Shown piece by piece: positions 28,314 to 42,013 of a stretch of DNA of 64,000 nt. Source of the DNA: a virus (Duplodnaviria; Caudoviricetes); IMG/VR virus record IMGVR_UViG_3300029319_000001, one strand, 5' to 3'. The notes under the pieces were generated by a model. That model ran no database searches and was not told the DNA's origin. It saw nothing but the letters and a program-made list of their open reading frames with translations. Made by a program: the position numbers and the translations under genes. The first letter of the stretch is position 1. Each line of letters starts with the position of its first letter.

Positions 28314-29475
28314 AACTAACAAAGAAATGTCAGAACCTAAAGGTATGACAGTATTCAATACTTCCGCTATTGATACTAAGAAACAACCAATGTTCTTTGG
28401 TGCTCCTTTAGGGGTGCAAAGATATGACTCATATAAGTATCCAGTATTTGATAAACTAACTCAACAACAGTTAGGATATTTCTGGAGACCAGAAGAGGTA
28501 TCTCTTCAGAAAGATCGTGCTGATTATCAAACACTAAGACCAGAACAAAAACATATCTTTACTTCTAACTTGAAGTATCAGGTTATGCTGGATTCTATAC
28601 AAGGTCGTGCACCTGGTATGGCTTTTTCTCCCTACTGTTCTATCCCAGAACTAGAAGCATGCATGAATGTATGGCAACTTATGGAGATGATTCATAGTCG
28701 TTCCTATACATATATTATAAAGAATGTATATAATGATCCAAGTGAAGTTTTTGACACTATAATAGAGGATGAAATGATCCTCAAAAGGGCAGCATCAATC
28801 ACTCATGCATACGATGAATTTATTAACTACGCTCAAGAATGGGGTTCAAGCAATTTCTGGAAAGAAGGTTGGAAAGGATCACCATCATCACAGTGGCAAC
28901 AAAGAGACCTTAAGAGATATCTCTATAGAGCAGTTGCTAATGTCAACATCCTCGAAGGTATACGATTCTATGTCTCGTTCGCTTGCTCGTTTGCGTTTGG
29001 CGAACTCAAGCTTATGGAAGGATCCGCTAAGATTATCTCTCTCATCGCACGAGACGAAAATCAGCATCTTGTCATCACGCAAACCATCCTAAATAATTGG
29101 TTGAAGGGGGATGACCCTGAGATGGTTCAGATTGCCAAGGAAGAAAAGGGATGGCTTGCTAATGCTTTTGAGGCAGCAGTTCTTCAAGAGAAAGAGTGGG
29201 CAGAGTATTTGTTTAAGAATGGCAGTATGATAGGATTGAATGAAAAATTACTATCACAGTATGTTGAGTGGATTGCTAACAAAAGAATGAGAGCAATCGG
29301 ATTAGATCCTATCTATGATATTGCAATGAGAAACAATCCATTACCTTGGACTACTCATTGGATCAGTTCTAAGGGTCTTCAAGTCGCACCACAAGAAACA
29401 GAGGTCGAATCCTATGTCGTTGGAGGAATCAAACAGGATGTTAAAAAAGACACATTCTCAGGTTTTAAATTATAA
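28303..29475 (+). CDS. nrdB: ribonucleotide reductase class Ia beta
   Basis: FWRPEEV, EMIHSRSY, LEGIRFY, RDENQH, APQETE; start GTG 28303 or ATG 28327. Confidence 0.96.
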   Translation: MQFKTNKEMSEPKGMTVFNTSAIDTKKQPMFFGAPLGVQRYDSYKYPVFDKLTQQQLGYFWRPEEVSLQKDRADYQTLRPEQKHIFTSNLKYQVMLDSIQGRAPGMAFSPYCSIPELEACMNVWQLMEMIHSRSYTYIIKNVYNDPSEVFDTIIEDEMILKRAASITHAYDEFINYAQEWGSSNFWKEGWKGSPSSQWQQRDLKRYLYRAVANVNILEGIRFYVSFACSFAFGELKLMEGSAKIISLIARDENQHLVITQTILNNWLKGDDPEMVQIAKEEKGWLANAFEAAVLQEKEWAEYLFKNGSMIGLNEKLLSQYVEWIANKRMRAIGLDPIYDIAMRNNPLPWTTHWISSKGLQVAPQETEVESYVVGGIKQDVKKDTFSGFKL

Positions 29476-29638
29476 TAAAACATATCATGTATATCTACAT
29501 GAGAAATGTTTATTTAAAAATTTAAGTCAAGAAGAGTTTGATGTTATTTGGGGAAGGTTGTATCATTCCTATTGGGATGGTCTTACCTATTCTGAAGTCG
29601 ATATAGATGAATCGACACTCATAGATTCATCTTACTAA
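29414..29638 (+). CDS. small hypothetical protein, start uncertain
   Basis: KTYHVYLHEKCLFKNL...; no ATG at the natural junction. Confidence 0.45.
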   Translation: MSLEESNRMLKKTHSQVLNYNKTYHVYLHEKCLFKNLSQEEFDVIWGRLYHSYWDGLTYSEVDIDESTLIDSSY

Positions 29639-29639
29639 A

Positions 29640-30050
29640 ATGAAAATAGAATTTGAAAAACAATTCGGTAAAGGTACAGATCCTTGGTATGCAAAGGCAG
29701 AGAGGTGGGTTAAGAAGAAATTTAGAAATCCATATCTACAACACCTTGCATTAGGATTTGTTGCATGGTTGAAAGAAATTTGGATTGAGGGTAAAATTAA
29801 AATGGAAATGTCTAGTGTAGATAAACAAGTTGAAGATCTTCATGAACTCTGGGATGAAGAAGAATCCAACAAGAGAATGGATGTCATAGGACAAAATGGC
29901 AATCTAGGAATACATTATTCAAAATCAGAAGTAGATGGTTTAAATGACATGAGTATAGGAAGAGTTGGAGAATTGCAATGGGACATTGAAGAAATGAAAA
30001 AAGCAATAGTAGATGCTGCTGACGACTATGATAAGTATGTCGGTGGATAA
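29640..30050 (+). CDS. hypothetical protein
   Basis: 136 aa ORF. Confidence 0.6.
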   Translation: MKIEFEKQFGKGTDPWYAKAERWVKKKFRNPYLQHLALGFVAWLKEIWIEGKIKMEMSSVDKQVEDLHELWDEEESNKRMDVIGQNGNLGIHYSKSEVDGLNDMSIGRVGELQWDIEEMKKAIVDAADDYDKYVGG

Positions 30051-30053
30051 ATA
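30046..30053 (+). promoter_or_regulatory. late promoter-like motif
   Basis: GATAAATA upstream of ORF 30078. Confidence 0.5.
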
Positions 30054-30077
30054 CCAATTAGGAAACTGTCACAAGGT

Positions 30078-30557
30078 ATGAAGACATTTGCAGAATTTAT
30101 GCTAGAATGTTCTCTAGTTAAGGAGAGTAGTCTAAGCCGAATAAAAAGTAAATCTGATAAGGGAGGCATGGCTGTCCTCTCAGCGACTCGTACTGGTAAA
30201 TCTTCCAAGGAAAATAGAGCAAGAAATAAACAATTAGATAAAGATATTCGTGGTCGTGGTCTTCCTGGTCCTACGAAAACGAAAGGTAAATGGGAAGGAG
30301 GAAGTGAACGCAGTCATGTTGTTTCTTCTGGGAAGAAAGGTAAGAGAAAGTTTAAGAAAGAAATTAAAAAGTTAGGTAAAAAGTATAATCAGGATGCAGT
30401 TATTGTTCAGACTAAAAAGAATGCTACACTAAGTGCAACCAGAAAGGGTGGATTGGGTAATAAGAAGAGAGTAGGTATAGGCAAATTTAAACCCCAAGGT
30501 AAATCACCAGAGGGTGTAACACAAATCAAAGGAAAAACATTTACTTATGAAAAATAA
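30078..30557 (+). CDS. basic protein with T4 internal-protein-like N-terminus
   Basis: MKTFAEFMLE; very Lys/Arg-rich. Confidence 0.7.
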   Translation: MKTFAEFMLECSLVKESSLSRIKSKSDKGGMAVLSATRTGKSSKENRARNKQLDKDIRGRGLPGPTKTKGKWEGGSERSHVVSSGKKGKRKFKKEIKKLGKKYNQDAVIVQTKKNATLSATRKGGLGNKKRVGIGKFKPQGKSPEGVTQIKGKTFTYEK

Positions 30558-30783
30558 ATCTTACGACGACTCTAATTGGAGAGAGGAGTACAAAAGTTAC
30601 ACAACCAATAAGAGATACCTAGAACTACTAGAGAATGGTCCTAAACAACTATCTCAGGCATGGGTATTGCAAGCATTACATAACGAGTGGAAGAAGATTA
30701 AGGGTTATTCAGACGATTATTCGGATGAAAATACAGGGCAACTTCAATCGTCATTTAAAGATTGGAATGCTAGAGTCGAATAA
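30547..30783 (+). CDS. hypothetical protein
   Basis: 78 aa ORF. Confidence 0.65.
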   Translation: MKNKSYDDSNWREEYKSYTTNKRYLELLENGPKQLSQAWVLQALHNEWKKIKGYSDDYSDENTGQLQSSFKDWNARVE

Positions 30784-30811
30784 ATATCCTTATAAGGATT
30801 AAAATTGTGTT

Positions 30812-33410
<2,599 letters not shown>

Positions 33411-33418
<8 letters not shown>

Positions 33419-34037
33419 ATTTAAAGACGATACTCTTTACGGTTCTTCTGATACTCACATGTATATGATGGAATGGGAGAAAGATTATATGGAAACTTGT
33501 ATCAATTTACTAGAACCAGCAGGTGATGTATTAGAAATTGGTTTTGGATATGGTTTTTCTGCAACACATATTCAACAGTTTGATATCAAATCTCATACTA
33601 TTCTTGAACCAGATGAAGAGGTATATAAAAATGCATTAGAGTGGGCAAAAGATTATCCTAAAGCAAAAATAATTAAACAGGCATGGCCGTGTACAGATAA
33701 CCTTGACAAGTATGATTGTTTCTTTCATGATCCTTACATTGAGGATGCTGATGAGGAATTATTAAAATATAATTGTACTAACATATACTTTTTAATTAAA
33801 TGTATAAAGGAATTAGCAAAAAAAGATTCTAAATTTTCATTCTTCTGCTCTGTTAATGGAGAGAATAATGATGTAGGACAATATTTTGATCGTCTTCAAC
33901 AGACAATTGTTACTGAGTGTCCAGACGCTGAATATAAAATCTCTGTATATCAATACGACAGTACAAATGTACCAGAACATTGTAATTATACAAGGGAGGG
34001 GTGGTTGTATACTCCGTTGATTCAAGTTCAGCAATGA
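33411..34037 (+). CDS. class I SAM methyltransferase, GAMT/Rmt2-like
   Basis: MMEWEKDYM, DVLEIGFGYG, HTILE. Confidence 0.75.
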
Positions 34038-34681
34038 TAGAATATCTTTTTCCTACTCCTTTCTATAAAAATAATATTCCCTGCCCTAAAAAAGAATGGG
34101 ATAGTATGATGGATGTCTGTGAAAGATTTTATAATAAAAATATACAAGAGATCAATGATTGTGGAAATTTTACAGGTGATCAAGACATACCAGAGTTCTT
34201 TTTGTTACATACCACAGAACAATTCTATTGGTTAAACTATCATATGGGTCAGGCAGTTAAAGAATATCTAAAAGAAATTACTGATGATGAAGACTATTCT
34301 GTTTTCTTCCAGAAATCATGGCCGAATGTGACTAGATTAGAGGATGGTGGTAATCCAAATCATTACCATAAAGGATCTCATTTTAGTGGAGTCTATTATC
34401 TTAGAACTGAGGGAAGTGGAGGAACTTTAAATCTTCAAAGCGGTAATGAGATGGATATGTTACCATTAAATTTAAAACCACACCTAGGAATATTTCAATT
34501 CAATCCTGTAGATGGTGATCTAATTGTATTTCCATCTAGTGTAATGCATAATGTTAGAGGTTTTTCTGGATCACATTATAGAGCATCTATAGTGTATGAT
34601 ATATTCATTACATCTTCAGAGACAGTTGATGATCGTTATGAAAACATTGTTACATCACCACATTTATGGGTAAGAGTATGA
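34034..34681 (+). CDS. 2OG-Fe(II) oxygenase (TIGR02466-like)
   Basis: KSWPN...HYH...FSGVYYL...DGDLIVFPSSVMH. Confidence 0.78.
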   Translation: MIEYLFPTPFYKNNIPCPKKEWDSMMDVCERFYNKNIQEINDCGNFTGDQDIPEFFLLHTTEQFYWLNYHMGQAVKEYLKEITDDEDYSVFFQKSWPNVTRLEDGGNPNHYHKGSHFSGVYYLRTEGSGGTLNLQSGNEMDMLPLNLKPHLGIFQFNPVDGDLIVFPSSVMHNVRGFSGSHYRASIVYDIFITSSETVDDRYENIVTSPHLWVRV

Positions 34682-35247
34682 TTGCTAAAGTATACGACAA
34701 CTTATTTTCTCCTGCATTTGTAGCAACTACAGATGAGATGGTGTTTAATCTACCTGTTTCATGTACCAATGAAGCAAATGGTAAACGCTATCCTGATGGT
34801 GGAGGTGGCACTCATAGATTATTTGGTGAAAATTTATTTGAAAGAATTAGTGTCAATACAATTACAAACTGGTCACCTAAAGCACCTGTGTTTTTTAATA
34901 TGCTGCGACATATTGAAGAGGTAACAGAGACAACATATTATTTGTCAAGGATAGATCTAAATTTACAGCATTCTTTTTGTGATGGTAGTGCCCATGTTGA
35001 TGGTGATGTTAGTAATTCAACCATTATGTACTTCTCAAATTGCCAATGGAAAAAAGAGTGGGGTGGTCAGTTCCAAATACTTGATGGACAACATGGTAAT
35101 GTTATAGAAGAGCATGAGTATGTGCCTGGTAGAGTTGTTATTTTTCCATCTAATTACTGGCATAGAGGTCTAGGACCTAGGCATCCATATGTGTATAGAT
35201 ACAGTATAGTATGGAGAGTAACTGCAGTTGACAGCATTGATTTATGA
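34678..35247 (+). CDS. 2OG-Fe(II) oxygenase
   Basis: AHVD, EWGG, PGRVVIFPSNYWHRG, RYSIVW. Confidence 0.8.
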   Translation: MIAKVYDNLFSPAFVATTDEMVFNLPVSCTNEANGKRYPDGGGGTHRLFGENLFERISVNTITNWSPKAPVFFNMLRHIEEVTETTYYLSRIDLNLQHSFCDGSAHVDGDVSNSTIMYFSNCQWKKEWGGQFQILDGQHGNVIEEHEYVPGRVVIFPSNYWHRGLGPRHPYVYRYSIVWRVTAVDSIDL

Positions 35248-35861
35248 TGGATTATAATTATACTACGGATCTTAAACCATCCATTGCAACAGTTCCTAAA
35301 TTTTTATCAGCAGAAGACTTTCGTTATGCTACAGAGTTTGCTAAAAAAGCACCTTACATATGGGGTGAGAGTGACGGACCTGGTAAATTAAAACCAACAG
35401 GAATGATCTATGATATCATGGATGAAATGATTGGGGTTGGTGAGTTAGATAATGGAGAGATCGTGCCTGAGGTTGAAAGAAATATATCAATAAGTGATAA
35501 GGATCAGTATATAATTGATATGATTGATAGTAATATATGTTCTAAGTTTCCAGAGATGGAAGATTATGATTTGTATAGAGCATATATTAATTGCTTTGCT
35601 CCTAGAGAGATAGCAAATTTTCATCAAGACTGTGCAGATGGTTACGATGCTATAACTTTTATATTTTATGGTAACGAACTGTATACTGGTCTAAATGATG
35701 GTGGGGCAACTGAGTTTTATCTTGATGATAGAATTATTGCTATACCACCAGTACCAAATACCCTACTAAAATTTACTGCATGGGTTTACCATAGAGCAAC
35801 TCCTCTTAAATCTGATCATCGTTTTACATATGCATTCAAATACTGTAGAAAGGATTATTAA
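35244..35861 (+). CDS. 2OG-Fe(II) oxygenase (prolyl-hydroxylase-like)
   Basis: RAYIN, FHQD, GGATEF, PNTLL...YHRA, RFTYAF. Confidence 0.8.
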   Translation: MMDYNYTTDLKPSIATVPKFLSAEDFRYATEFAKKAPYIWGESDGPGKLKPTGMIYDIMDEMIGVGELDNGEIVPEVERNISISDKDQYIIDMIDSNICSKFPEMEDYDLYRAYINCFAPREIANFHQDCADGYDAITFIFYGNELYTGLNDGGATEFYLDDRIIAIPPVPNTLLKFTAWVYHRATPLKSDHRFTYAFKYCRKDY

Positions 35862-36429
35862 AGATGATCGTTACTTCATAGAAGATAATTTATTTCTTCC
35901 TGAGGTCATAGATGAGTTGAGAGAGTTTGCATTGACTACAGATGTCAAGGATGATTCTTATAATGGATATCATTCTATAAATTTTACAAGAGATTCATTC
36001 CCACTTGATTTGTTAAAGGATATAGTTATCTCATTAAAATCAAAATATAAATTTCTAGGAGAATTTTCTAGGGGTTGGGCGTTCGTGCATGACAATAATG
36101 CTAACGGAGTAACACCTCATGCAGATCCAGCAAGATATAATATCAATCTATGGGTCAGTCCTAATGAGTCTGTTCAAGATCCAGAGAAGAATGGATTAAT
36201 TCTTTATGATATTCAACCACCACCAACTTGGACATGGGAAGAATATAATAATGATACAATAATGATAAGAAAATACCTAGAGTATACTAAATCTAAGAAG
36301 ACTGTCATACCATATGCATGCAACAGACTTTTGATTTTTAACTCTAAATATTTTCACGAAACCAACAAGGTTTCTATGATCGAGGGATCAGATAATAGAA
36401 GAGTTAACTACACATTCATGTTCGAGTGA
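35830..36429 (+). CDS. 2OG-Fe(II) oxygenase-like protein
   Basis: TPHAD, NINLW, NRLLIFNSKYFHET, RVNYTF. Confidence 0.72.
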   Translation: MHSNTVERIIKDDRYFIEDNLFLPEVIDELREFALTTDVKDDSYNGYHSINFTRDSFPLDLLKDIVISLKSKYKFLGEFSRGWAFVHDNNANGVTPHADPARYNINLWVSPNESVQDPEKNGLILYDIQPPPTWTWEEYNNDTIMIRKYLEYTKSKKTVIPYACNRLLIFNSKYFHETNKVSMIEGSDNRRVNYTFMFE

Positions 36430-37088
36430 CTAAATTTTTTAAATACAGCGATTTTGAATTCAATTCTACTTGGGCTATCAATGTTGAGTCTTGGAGGGAT
36501 TCTAAGATCATGTTTATTGATAATGTATATAAGTATCCAGATAGAGTCTATTCATATTTGGATTCTATTAGAGCAATTAGAACTCATAAATCTATTGGTG
36601 GATCTAAAAATGGTATAGATTTTATGGATGGTCAGATGGCCATAGATAATAGATGGGATCAGAATAGAAAATTTCTTATTGAAATGCTTGCTGATGCGTA
36701 TAGTGTTCCAGATGTAGATCCAAATGCTGTCCCGAATAGTACTAATACTTTTAGATTAATATCAGACTATCCTGGTGCTGGTAACTATTGGCATCCTCAT
36801 ATTGATGGACAATTAAACTTTATAATTTTTTTGAATCCAGAGCATCATATGAAGGCAGGTACTACTTTGTATAGAGCTGCAAATACAAAGTCAAAATCAT
36901 ATCTAATAAAGAAAGATACAGAACATAGTAATCCTTGGAGAACAGAAAAGCAATTTACTGAAGAGTTATGTATCTTGGATAGGTTCAATCAAGGGGTTGT
37001 TTTTCCTGGTCAGTGGTTTCACGGTCAAACAATAACAGATAATTTTTTTAAAACCACTACAAGATTTACTGAAGTTACTTTTATTTGA
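36426..37088 (+). CDS. 2OG-Fe(II) oxygenase-like protein (DUF6445-like)
   Basis: IDNVYKYPD, HPHID, AGTTLY, FNQGVVFPGQWFHG. Confidence 0.7.
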   Translation: MTKFFKYSDFEFNSTWAINVESWRDSKIMFIDNVYKYPDRVYSYLDSIRAIRTHKSIGGSKNGIDFMDGQMAIDNRWDQNRKFLIEMLADAYSVPDVDPNAVPNSTNTFRLISDYPGAGNYWHPHIDGQLNFIIFLNPEHHMKAGTTLYRAANTKSKSYLIKKDTEHSNPWRTEKQFTEELCILDRFNQGVVFPGQWFHGQTITDNFFKTTTRFTEVTFI

Positions 37089-37091
37089 GTT

Positions 37092-37340
37092 ATGTTAAGA
37101 GTTAAATGCAAGAGATGTAATACTGAATTGATCAGTAGCAACAAAGTTCAGAGTTGTGGGTGTACAAACCGAACAGTTTTGGAAGGAGATACTGTGTCTG
37201 CGGTCAACCTTTCGGAAGTCATATTAATAAATAATACATCAAATGTCAGGGAAGCTGGACATTTAACGAAAGATCAGTTAGAATGGCAGGAACAACGCCG
37301 AAAAAGACGGATCCGCAAACTTACCTACGAGGAACGATGA
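37092..37340 (+). CDS. small zinc-ribbon protein
   Basis: CKRC...CGC. Confidence 0.65.
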   Translation: MLRVKCKRCNTELISSNKVQSCGCTNRTVLEGDTVSAVNLSEVILINNTSNVREAGHLTKDQLEWQEQRRKRRIRKLTYEER

Positions 37341-37543
37341 TTGACTTAGATGCCAGATACCATGAATATTTAATAAGGGATAATAAAAATTTCAGACTTG
37401 ATGGCATTGATGAAAAAGTCAAAGCATATGGTTACACAGATAACGGACAAGAAATAGATGGTTACTATGTGACCACAGAGAATTATACTTTCTATTTTTG
37501 TAAGAACGGAGTCTTCAAAAGGAAGGAGGAGTTAGCAAAGTGA
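37337..37543 (+). CDS. hypothetical protein
   Basis: ATGA overlap with previous gene. Confidence 0.6.
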   Translation: MIDLDARYHEYLIRDNKNFRLDGIDEKVKAYGYTDNGQEIDGYYVTTENYTFYFCKNGVFKRKEELAK

Positions 37544-37686
37544 GTGGAGATTGTAAGGATCAACCCATCGTTTTTTATGCTAGAGAGATGACGGTTACAA
37601 AGAAAATTCTTTTATCAAAAGAAGGTGTTAAGTTTGCATATGATATTTTTAAAACAGAAAAAGAATTGACAAAGGATGATGACTAG
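37540..37686 (+). CDS. small hypothetical protein (48 aa, not in ORF track)
   Basis: GTG start after GGAGGAG; MSGDCKDQPIVFYAREMTVTKK... Confidence 0.6.
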   Translation: MSGDCKDQPIVFYAREMTVTKKILLSKEGVKFAYDIFKTEKELTKDDD

Positions 37687-37694
37687 TCTATAAT
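37666..37694 (+). promoter_or_regulatory. perfect consensus sigma70 promoter heading the glycosylation island
   Basis: TTGACA-17nt-TATAAT. Confidence 0.85.
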
Positions 37695-37723
37695 AGACCA
37701 GTACACAAATCCAAAGATCAATA

Positions 37724-38029
37724 ATGTCTTGTGGAAAAAATCATACCTATGACACCTATCAAACTGCTGCCGATGGGGTCAAACTTGCGGTTATAGAAGC
37801 TCTAAATATAGACGAAGAGACAGATACGCTAAAAGAACTCTGGAGCATTTACATTAGTCTCCGTTCTATAGCTGATAACTCTGCACAGCATTCCGAAGAA
37901 ATTACAGGTAATATAGATATCGATACTAGCATTTTTAATGTCGGGTTAACAACCGATATTATGACAGGTATTGATCTTGAAGATTTAAGTGAAGGTCTGG
38001 GTGCAGGTGACTCTATATCATTCGAGTAA
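37724..38029 (+). CDS. acidic hypothetical protein
   Basis: 101 aa ORF. Confidence 0.6.
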   Translation: MSCGKNHTYDTYQTAADGVKLAVIEALNIDEETDTLKELWSIYISLRSIADNSAQHSEEITGNIDIDTSIFNVGLTTDIMTGIDLEDLSEGLGAGDSISFE

Positions 38030-39022
38030 ATGAAAGCATTAATCACAGGTATTACAGGACAAGATGGATCGTACCTTGCTGAATTTCTCCTTGAGAAAGG
38101 ATATGAAGTTCATGGTATAGTCCGTCGTTCTTCTCTCATTAATACACATAGGATCGATCACATATATGATAAGATCCAACTCCATTATGGAGACTTGACC
38201 GACTCTGGTAGCATCATTAGTTTAGTTCAAAAAATTAAACCAACTGAGGTGTATAATCTTGCTGCTATGAGTCATGTTAAGGTGTCATTTGAAATACCTG
38301 AGTATACTGGTGAGGTAGATGCCCTTGGAACCCTTCGTCTTCTAGAAGCAATTCGTCTTCTAGATCATGAGTGTAAGTTCTATCAAGCATCTACTTCAGA
38401 GTTATATGGATTAGTGCAAGAAGTCCCACAAAAAGAAACTACACCTTTCTATCCTCGTAGTCCTTATGGGTGTGCTAAGTTGTATGCCTATTGGATAACA
38501 AAAAACTATCGTGAAGCATATGGAATCCATGCTAGTAATGGAATTCTATTCAACCACGAATCCCCTAGGAGAGGCGAAACTTTTGTAACTAGAAAGGTTA
38601 CAAGAGGTCTGTCTCGTATCTCCACAGGGATGGAGTCAGAACTGTTGTTAGGTAATCTAGATGCTAAGAGAGATTGGGGGCATGCCAAGGATTTTGTTCG
38701 TGGTATGTGGATGATCACTCAACATCATACACCTGACGAGTTTGTTCTTGCTACTGGTAAGATGCGTAGTGTTAGAGAATTTGTTGAGGAAGCAGCAACC
38801 TATTTTGGGTTGAATATTGAATGGAGAGGTGAGGGTATGGAAGAGGTTGGTTATTGTAAATCTCTCCGTAGAAACATCATCAAAGTTCACCCTAAATATT
38901 ACCGCCCAACAGAGGTCGAAGAACTTTTAGGTGATGCAACCAAGGCAAAAGAAGTTTTGGGGTGGGAACCTGAGTTATCATTTACTGATCTTGTAGAAGA
39001 CATGTGTATTTACGGACAATGA
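38030..39022 (+). CDS. gmd: GDP-mannose 4,6-dehydratase
   Basis: [41 protein letters not shown]. Confidence 0.96.
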   Translation: MKALITGITGQDGSYLAEFLLEKGYEVHGIVRRSSLINTHRIDHIYDKIQLHYGDLTDSGSIISLVQKIKPTEVYNLAAMSHVKVSFEIPEYTGEVDALGTLRLLEAIRLLDHECKFYQASTSELYGLVQEVPQKETTPFYPRSPYGCAKLYAYWITKNYREAYGIHASNGILFNHESPRRGETFVTRKVTRGLSRISTGMESELLLGNLDAKRDWGHAKDFVRGMWMITQHHTPDEFVLATGKMRSVREFVEEAATYFGLNIEWRGEGMEEVGYCKSLRRNIIKVHPKYYRPTEVEELLGDATKAKEVLGWEPELSFTDLVEDMCIYGQ

Positions 39023-40263
39023 ACTGTAGCAAATTTCACGAAATTAAAAAATGTAGGGTCTGTGGCAACGAACATTTAGATGTCGTCCTCGACCTAGGTG
39101 ATCAATATCTTTCTGGTATATTCCCTAAAGAAATTGATAAGGACATGTACAAAGGTCCCCTAACTCTTGTTAAATGTAACGAGAAGAAAGGTGGATGTGG
39201 TCATGTTCAATTACAACATACATTTGATCTCCCTACCATGTATGGAGACGAGTATGGATACCGTTCTGGACTAAACAAAAGTATGATTCGTCATCTCAAA
39301 GAGAAGGCATTAAAAATTCAAACTGATGTTGAACTTGAGTCAGGTGACATTGTATGTGACATCGCAGGAAACGATGGAACATTCTTAGGATTCTTTCCTA
39401 AGGATTGTCAGTTGATAAGTATTGATCCTACCTCTAAGAAATTTAAAGATTATATTCCTGAGAATGTAAGTTACATTGCTGACTTTTTCTCTGCTGATAC
39501 ATTCCATGAGAGATTTGGTAAACAAAAAGCAAAAGTTATCACATCATTCTCTATGTTTTATGACCTAGAAGATCCATGTGAGTTTGCTAGACAAGTTCGT
39601 GCTTGTTTAGAACCAAGTGGTATCTGGGTGCTAGAGCAGAGTTATATGCCTGAGATGTTAAGGCAAAATTCATTTGATACTGTATGTCATGAGCATCTAT
39701 CATACTATGGTATGAGACAGATCAAATATATTATGGACAAGGCAGGATTTAATATCATTGACTTTGAGTTTAATGATGTCAATGGTGGTAGTATATCTGT
39801 AGTTGTTTCACCTCTAGGAAAAGAATGTACTACAAAATTAACTGCTCTTCTTGCTAGTGAACTTGAACAGGGTTTAGATACTACTGTGCCTTGGGATGAG
39901 TTTGGTGATAGAATAAATTCATGCAAGGAACAGTTCTGGAAGATGATAGATTATTATAAGAAGAATAACGCAAAGATATGTGCGTTAGGTGCAAGCACTA
40001 AGGGTAATGTAACACTCCAAACATGGGAAGTTACTCCTAATGACATAGCAGTCATAGGTGATGTTAATCCAGACAAAGATGGTTCTTACACACCTGGTAC
40101 TTGGATTCCTATTAAGGATGAAGAGGATGTTTTATTATGGGATTATGATGTTCACATTGTATTACCTTGGCATTTTAGAGATTTCTTTTTGAAGAATCCT
40201 AAGTTCAAAGGTAAGAGATTTTTATTCCCCTTACCAGAACCAGAAGTTGTTATTGCTCAATGA
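39019..40263 (+). CDS. NDP-hexose C-methyltransferase
   Basis: CRVC zinc site, [27 protein letters not shown]. Confidence 0.85.
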   Translation: MNCSKFHEIKKCRVCGNEHLDVVLDLGDQYLSGIFPKEIDKDMYKGPLTLVKCNEKKGGCGHVQLQHTFDLPTMYGDEYGYRSGLNKSMIRHLKEKALKIQTDVELESGDIVCDIAGNDGTFLGFFPKDCQLISIDPTSKKFKDYIPENVSYIADFFSADTFHERFGKQKAKVITSFSMFYDLEDPCEFARQVRACLEPSGIWVLEQSYMPEMLRQNSFDTVCHEHLSYYGMRQIKYIMDKAGFNIIDFEFNDVNGGSISVVVSPLGKECTTKLTALLASELEQGLDTTVPWDEFGDRINSCKEQFWKMIDYYKKNNAKICALGASTKGNVTLQTWEVTPNDIAVIGDVNPDKDGSYTPGTWIPIKDEEDVLLWDYDVHIVLPWHFRDFFLKNPKFKGKRFLFPLPEPEVVIAQ

Positions 40264-41207
40264 AACTGAGGACAATGCATAAACAATCTAGAATCTTCGT
40301 TGCAGGTCACAAAGGACTAGTAGGATCTGCAATAGTCCGTCGTCTTAAAGAAGATGGATACGAGAATATTATTACTCGTACTCGCCAAGAAGTTGATCTT
40401 GTTGATCCTGTAGCAGTTGAGAATTTTTTTAGAGATAATCAAATAGATTTTGTCTTTGATGCTGCTGCTAGAGTCGGTGGCATTCATGCTAATGATGCGT
40501 ACTCTGCAGAGTTTATCTATCAGAATACACAGATTCAAATGAATCTTATTCATTATGCATACAAATGGCATGTCAAGAAATTTTTATTCCTAGGATCAGT
40601 TTGTATCTATCCTAAGTTTGCTGAGACTCCTGTGAAAGAAGAGTCATTAATGTCAGGTGAATTAGAACCTACTAATGAAGCATATGCCATTTCCAAGATA
40701 CATGGTATAGAGATGCTGAAGATGTATCACAAACAGTATGGATTTAAAGGTGTGTCATTAATGCCAGCAAATCTATATGGTCCTAATGATAACTTCCATC
40801 CTGAGAATGGACATGTGATACCTGCATTGATGACTAAGTTTAACAATGCTACTGAAGATGTTGTTACATGTTGGGGTGATGGTACACCCATGAGAGAGTT
40901 TCTTTATGTTGACGATCTAGCAGACGCATGTATGTTTGCTATGGAACATTATGAAAATGCTGAACTACTTAATGTTGGATCAGGTCAAGATGTTTCTATT
41001 TTTCATTTAGCACATAAGGTTGCTGCTGTTACTGGATATAAAGGTAAGATTGAGTGGGATACTAGTAGACCTAATGGAACACCTAAGAGACCATTAGATT
41101 ATAGTAAACTAACTGCTAAAGGATGGAAACCTAAGTATACATTAGAACAGGGTCTTGCTGAGGCATATAAATGGTTTATAGAACACACTTTTATACAGAC
41201 TAAATGA
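40260..41207 (+). CDS. fcl: GDP-L-fucose synthase
   Basis: VAGHKGLVGSA, AARVGGI, LGSVCIYPK, YAISK, PANLYGP. Confidence 0.95.
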   Translation: MKLRTMHKQSRIFVAGHKGLVGSAIVRRLKEDGYENIITRTRQEVDLVDPVAVENFFRDNQIDFVFDAAARVGGIHANDAYSAEFIYQNTQIQMNLIHYAYKWHVKKFLFLGSVCIYPKFAETPVKEESLMSGELEPTNEAYAISKIHGIEMLKMYHKQYGFKGVSLMPANLYGPNDNFHPENGHVIPALMTKFNNATEDVVTCWGDGTPMREFLYVDDLADACMFAMEHYENAELLNVGSGQDVSIFHLAHKVAAVTGYKGKIEWDTSRPNGTPKRPLDYSKLTAKGWKPKYTLEQGLAEAYKWFIEHTFIQTK

Positions 41208-42013
41208 TTGGTATTAATTATGTTGGCAAGCGTAAAGAGCGTCTAGCAAATCAGATGTTTCAATATGCTGCTGTGAAAGGTATAGCAAAGAACAGAGGGT
41301 ATAATTGGTGTGTGCCTCCATCTAAATGGAAATCTAGTAAGGATGATTGGCAAGAGCATCAACTGTTTCAACCATTCAAACTTACTTCAATGAATCCTTT
41401 ACAAGTACAAAGGATTGATGATAGTCGTCCTGTTGTAGAAGAAAAATCATTTCATTTTGACGAAGAGTTATATAATAATTGTCCAGATTTTGTATCACTT
41501 CTTGGATTTTTTCAATCAGAAAAATATTTTTTAAATGTTAGAGAAGAATTACTAGAAGACTTTACTTTTCTTGATGAGATTTCAGATCCATGTAAGGAAA
41601 TGATAAGAGGAGTTGATAATCCTATTGCACTTCATGTAAGAAGAACAGACTATATTCACTATAAACACCATCCTATTGTTGATATAAATTACTATAGGAA
41701 AGCACTGAGTAAGTTCGACTCAGATCGCACCGTCGTCATTTTTTCAGACGATCCTTCTTGGTGTATGGAGCAGGAGTTATTTTCTGATGATCGTTTCATA
41801 GTATCACAGGCAGACAATCAGTATGTTGATCTTTGTTTAATGAGTATGTGTGATGATTTTATTATTGCTAACTCATCATTCTCTTGGTGGGGTGCATGGT
41901 TGTCTACTAATAAAGACAAGAGAGTGATTGCACCATCTAAATGGTTCGGTCCTCCTTTGAATGTTCAAAATGATACCAAGGATTTATATTGTAAAGGTTG
42001 GGAATTGGTATGA
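41204..42013 (+). CDS. alpha-1,2-fucosyltransferase (GT11)
   Basis: LANQMFQYA, GFFQSEKYF, HVRRTDY, FSDD, IIANSSFSWWGA. Confidence 0.9.
   Translation: MIGINYVGKRKERLANQMFQYAAVKGIAKNRGYNWCVPPSKWKSSKDDWQEHQLFQPFKLTSMNPLQVQRIDDSRPVVEEKSFHFDEELYNNCPDFVSLLGFFQSEKYFLNVREELLEDFTFLDEISDPCKEMIRGVDNPIALHVRRTDYIHYKHHPIVDINYYRKALSKFDSDRTVVIFSDDPSWCMEQELFSDDRFIVSQADNQYVDLCLMSMCDDFIIANSSFSWWGAWLSTNKDKRVIAPSKWFGPPLNVQNDTKDLYCKGWELV

Noticed and set aside
29470-29490. Missing ATG for the small ORF after nrdB (TAATAAAACA where TAATGAAAACA would give MKTYH)
   Set aside because: A single-base deletion or an upstream in-frame ATG explains it; it may be a sequencing error and there is no evidence of a mechanism.
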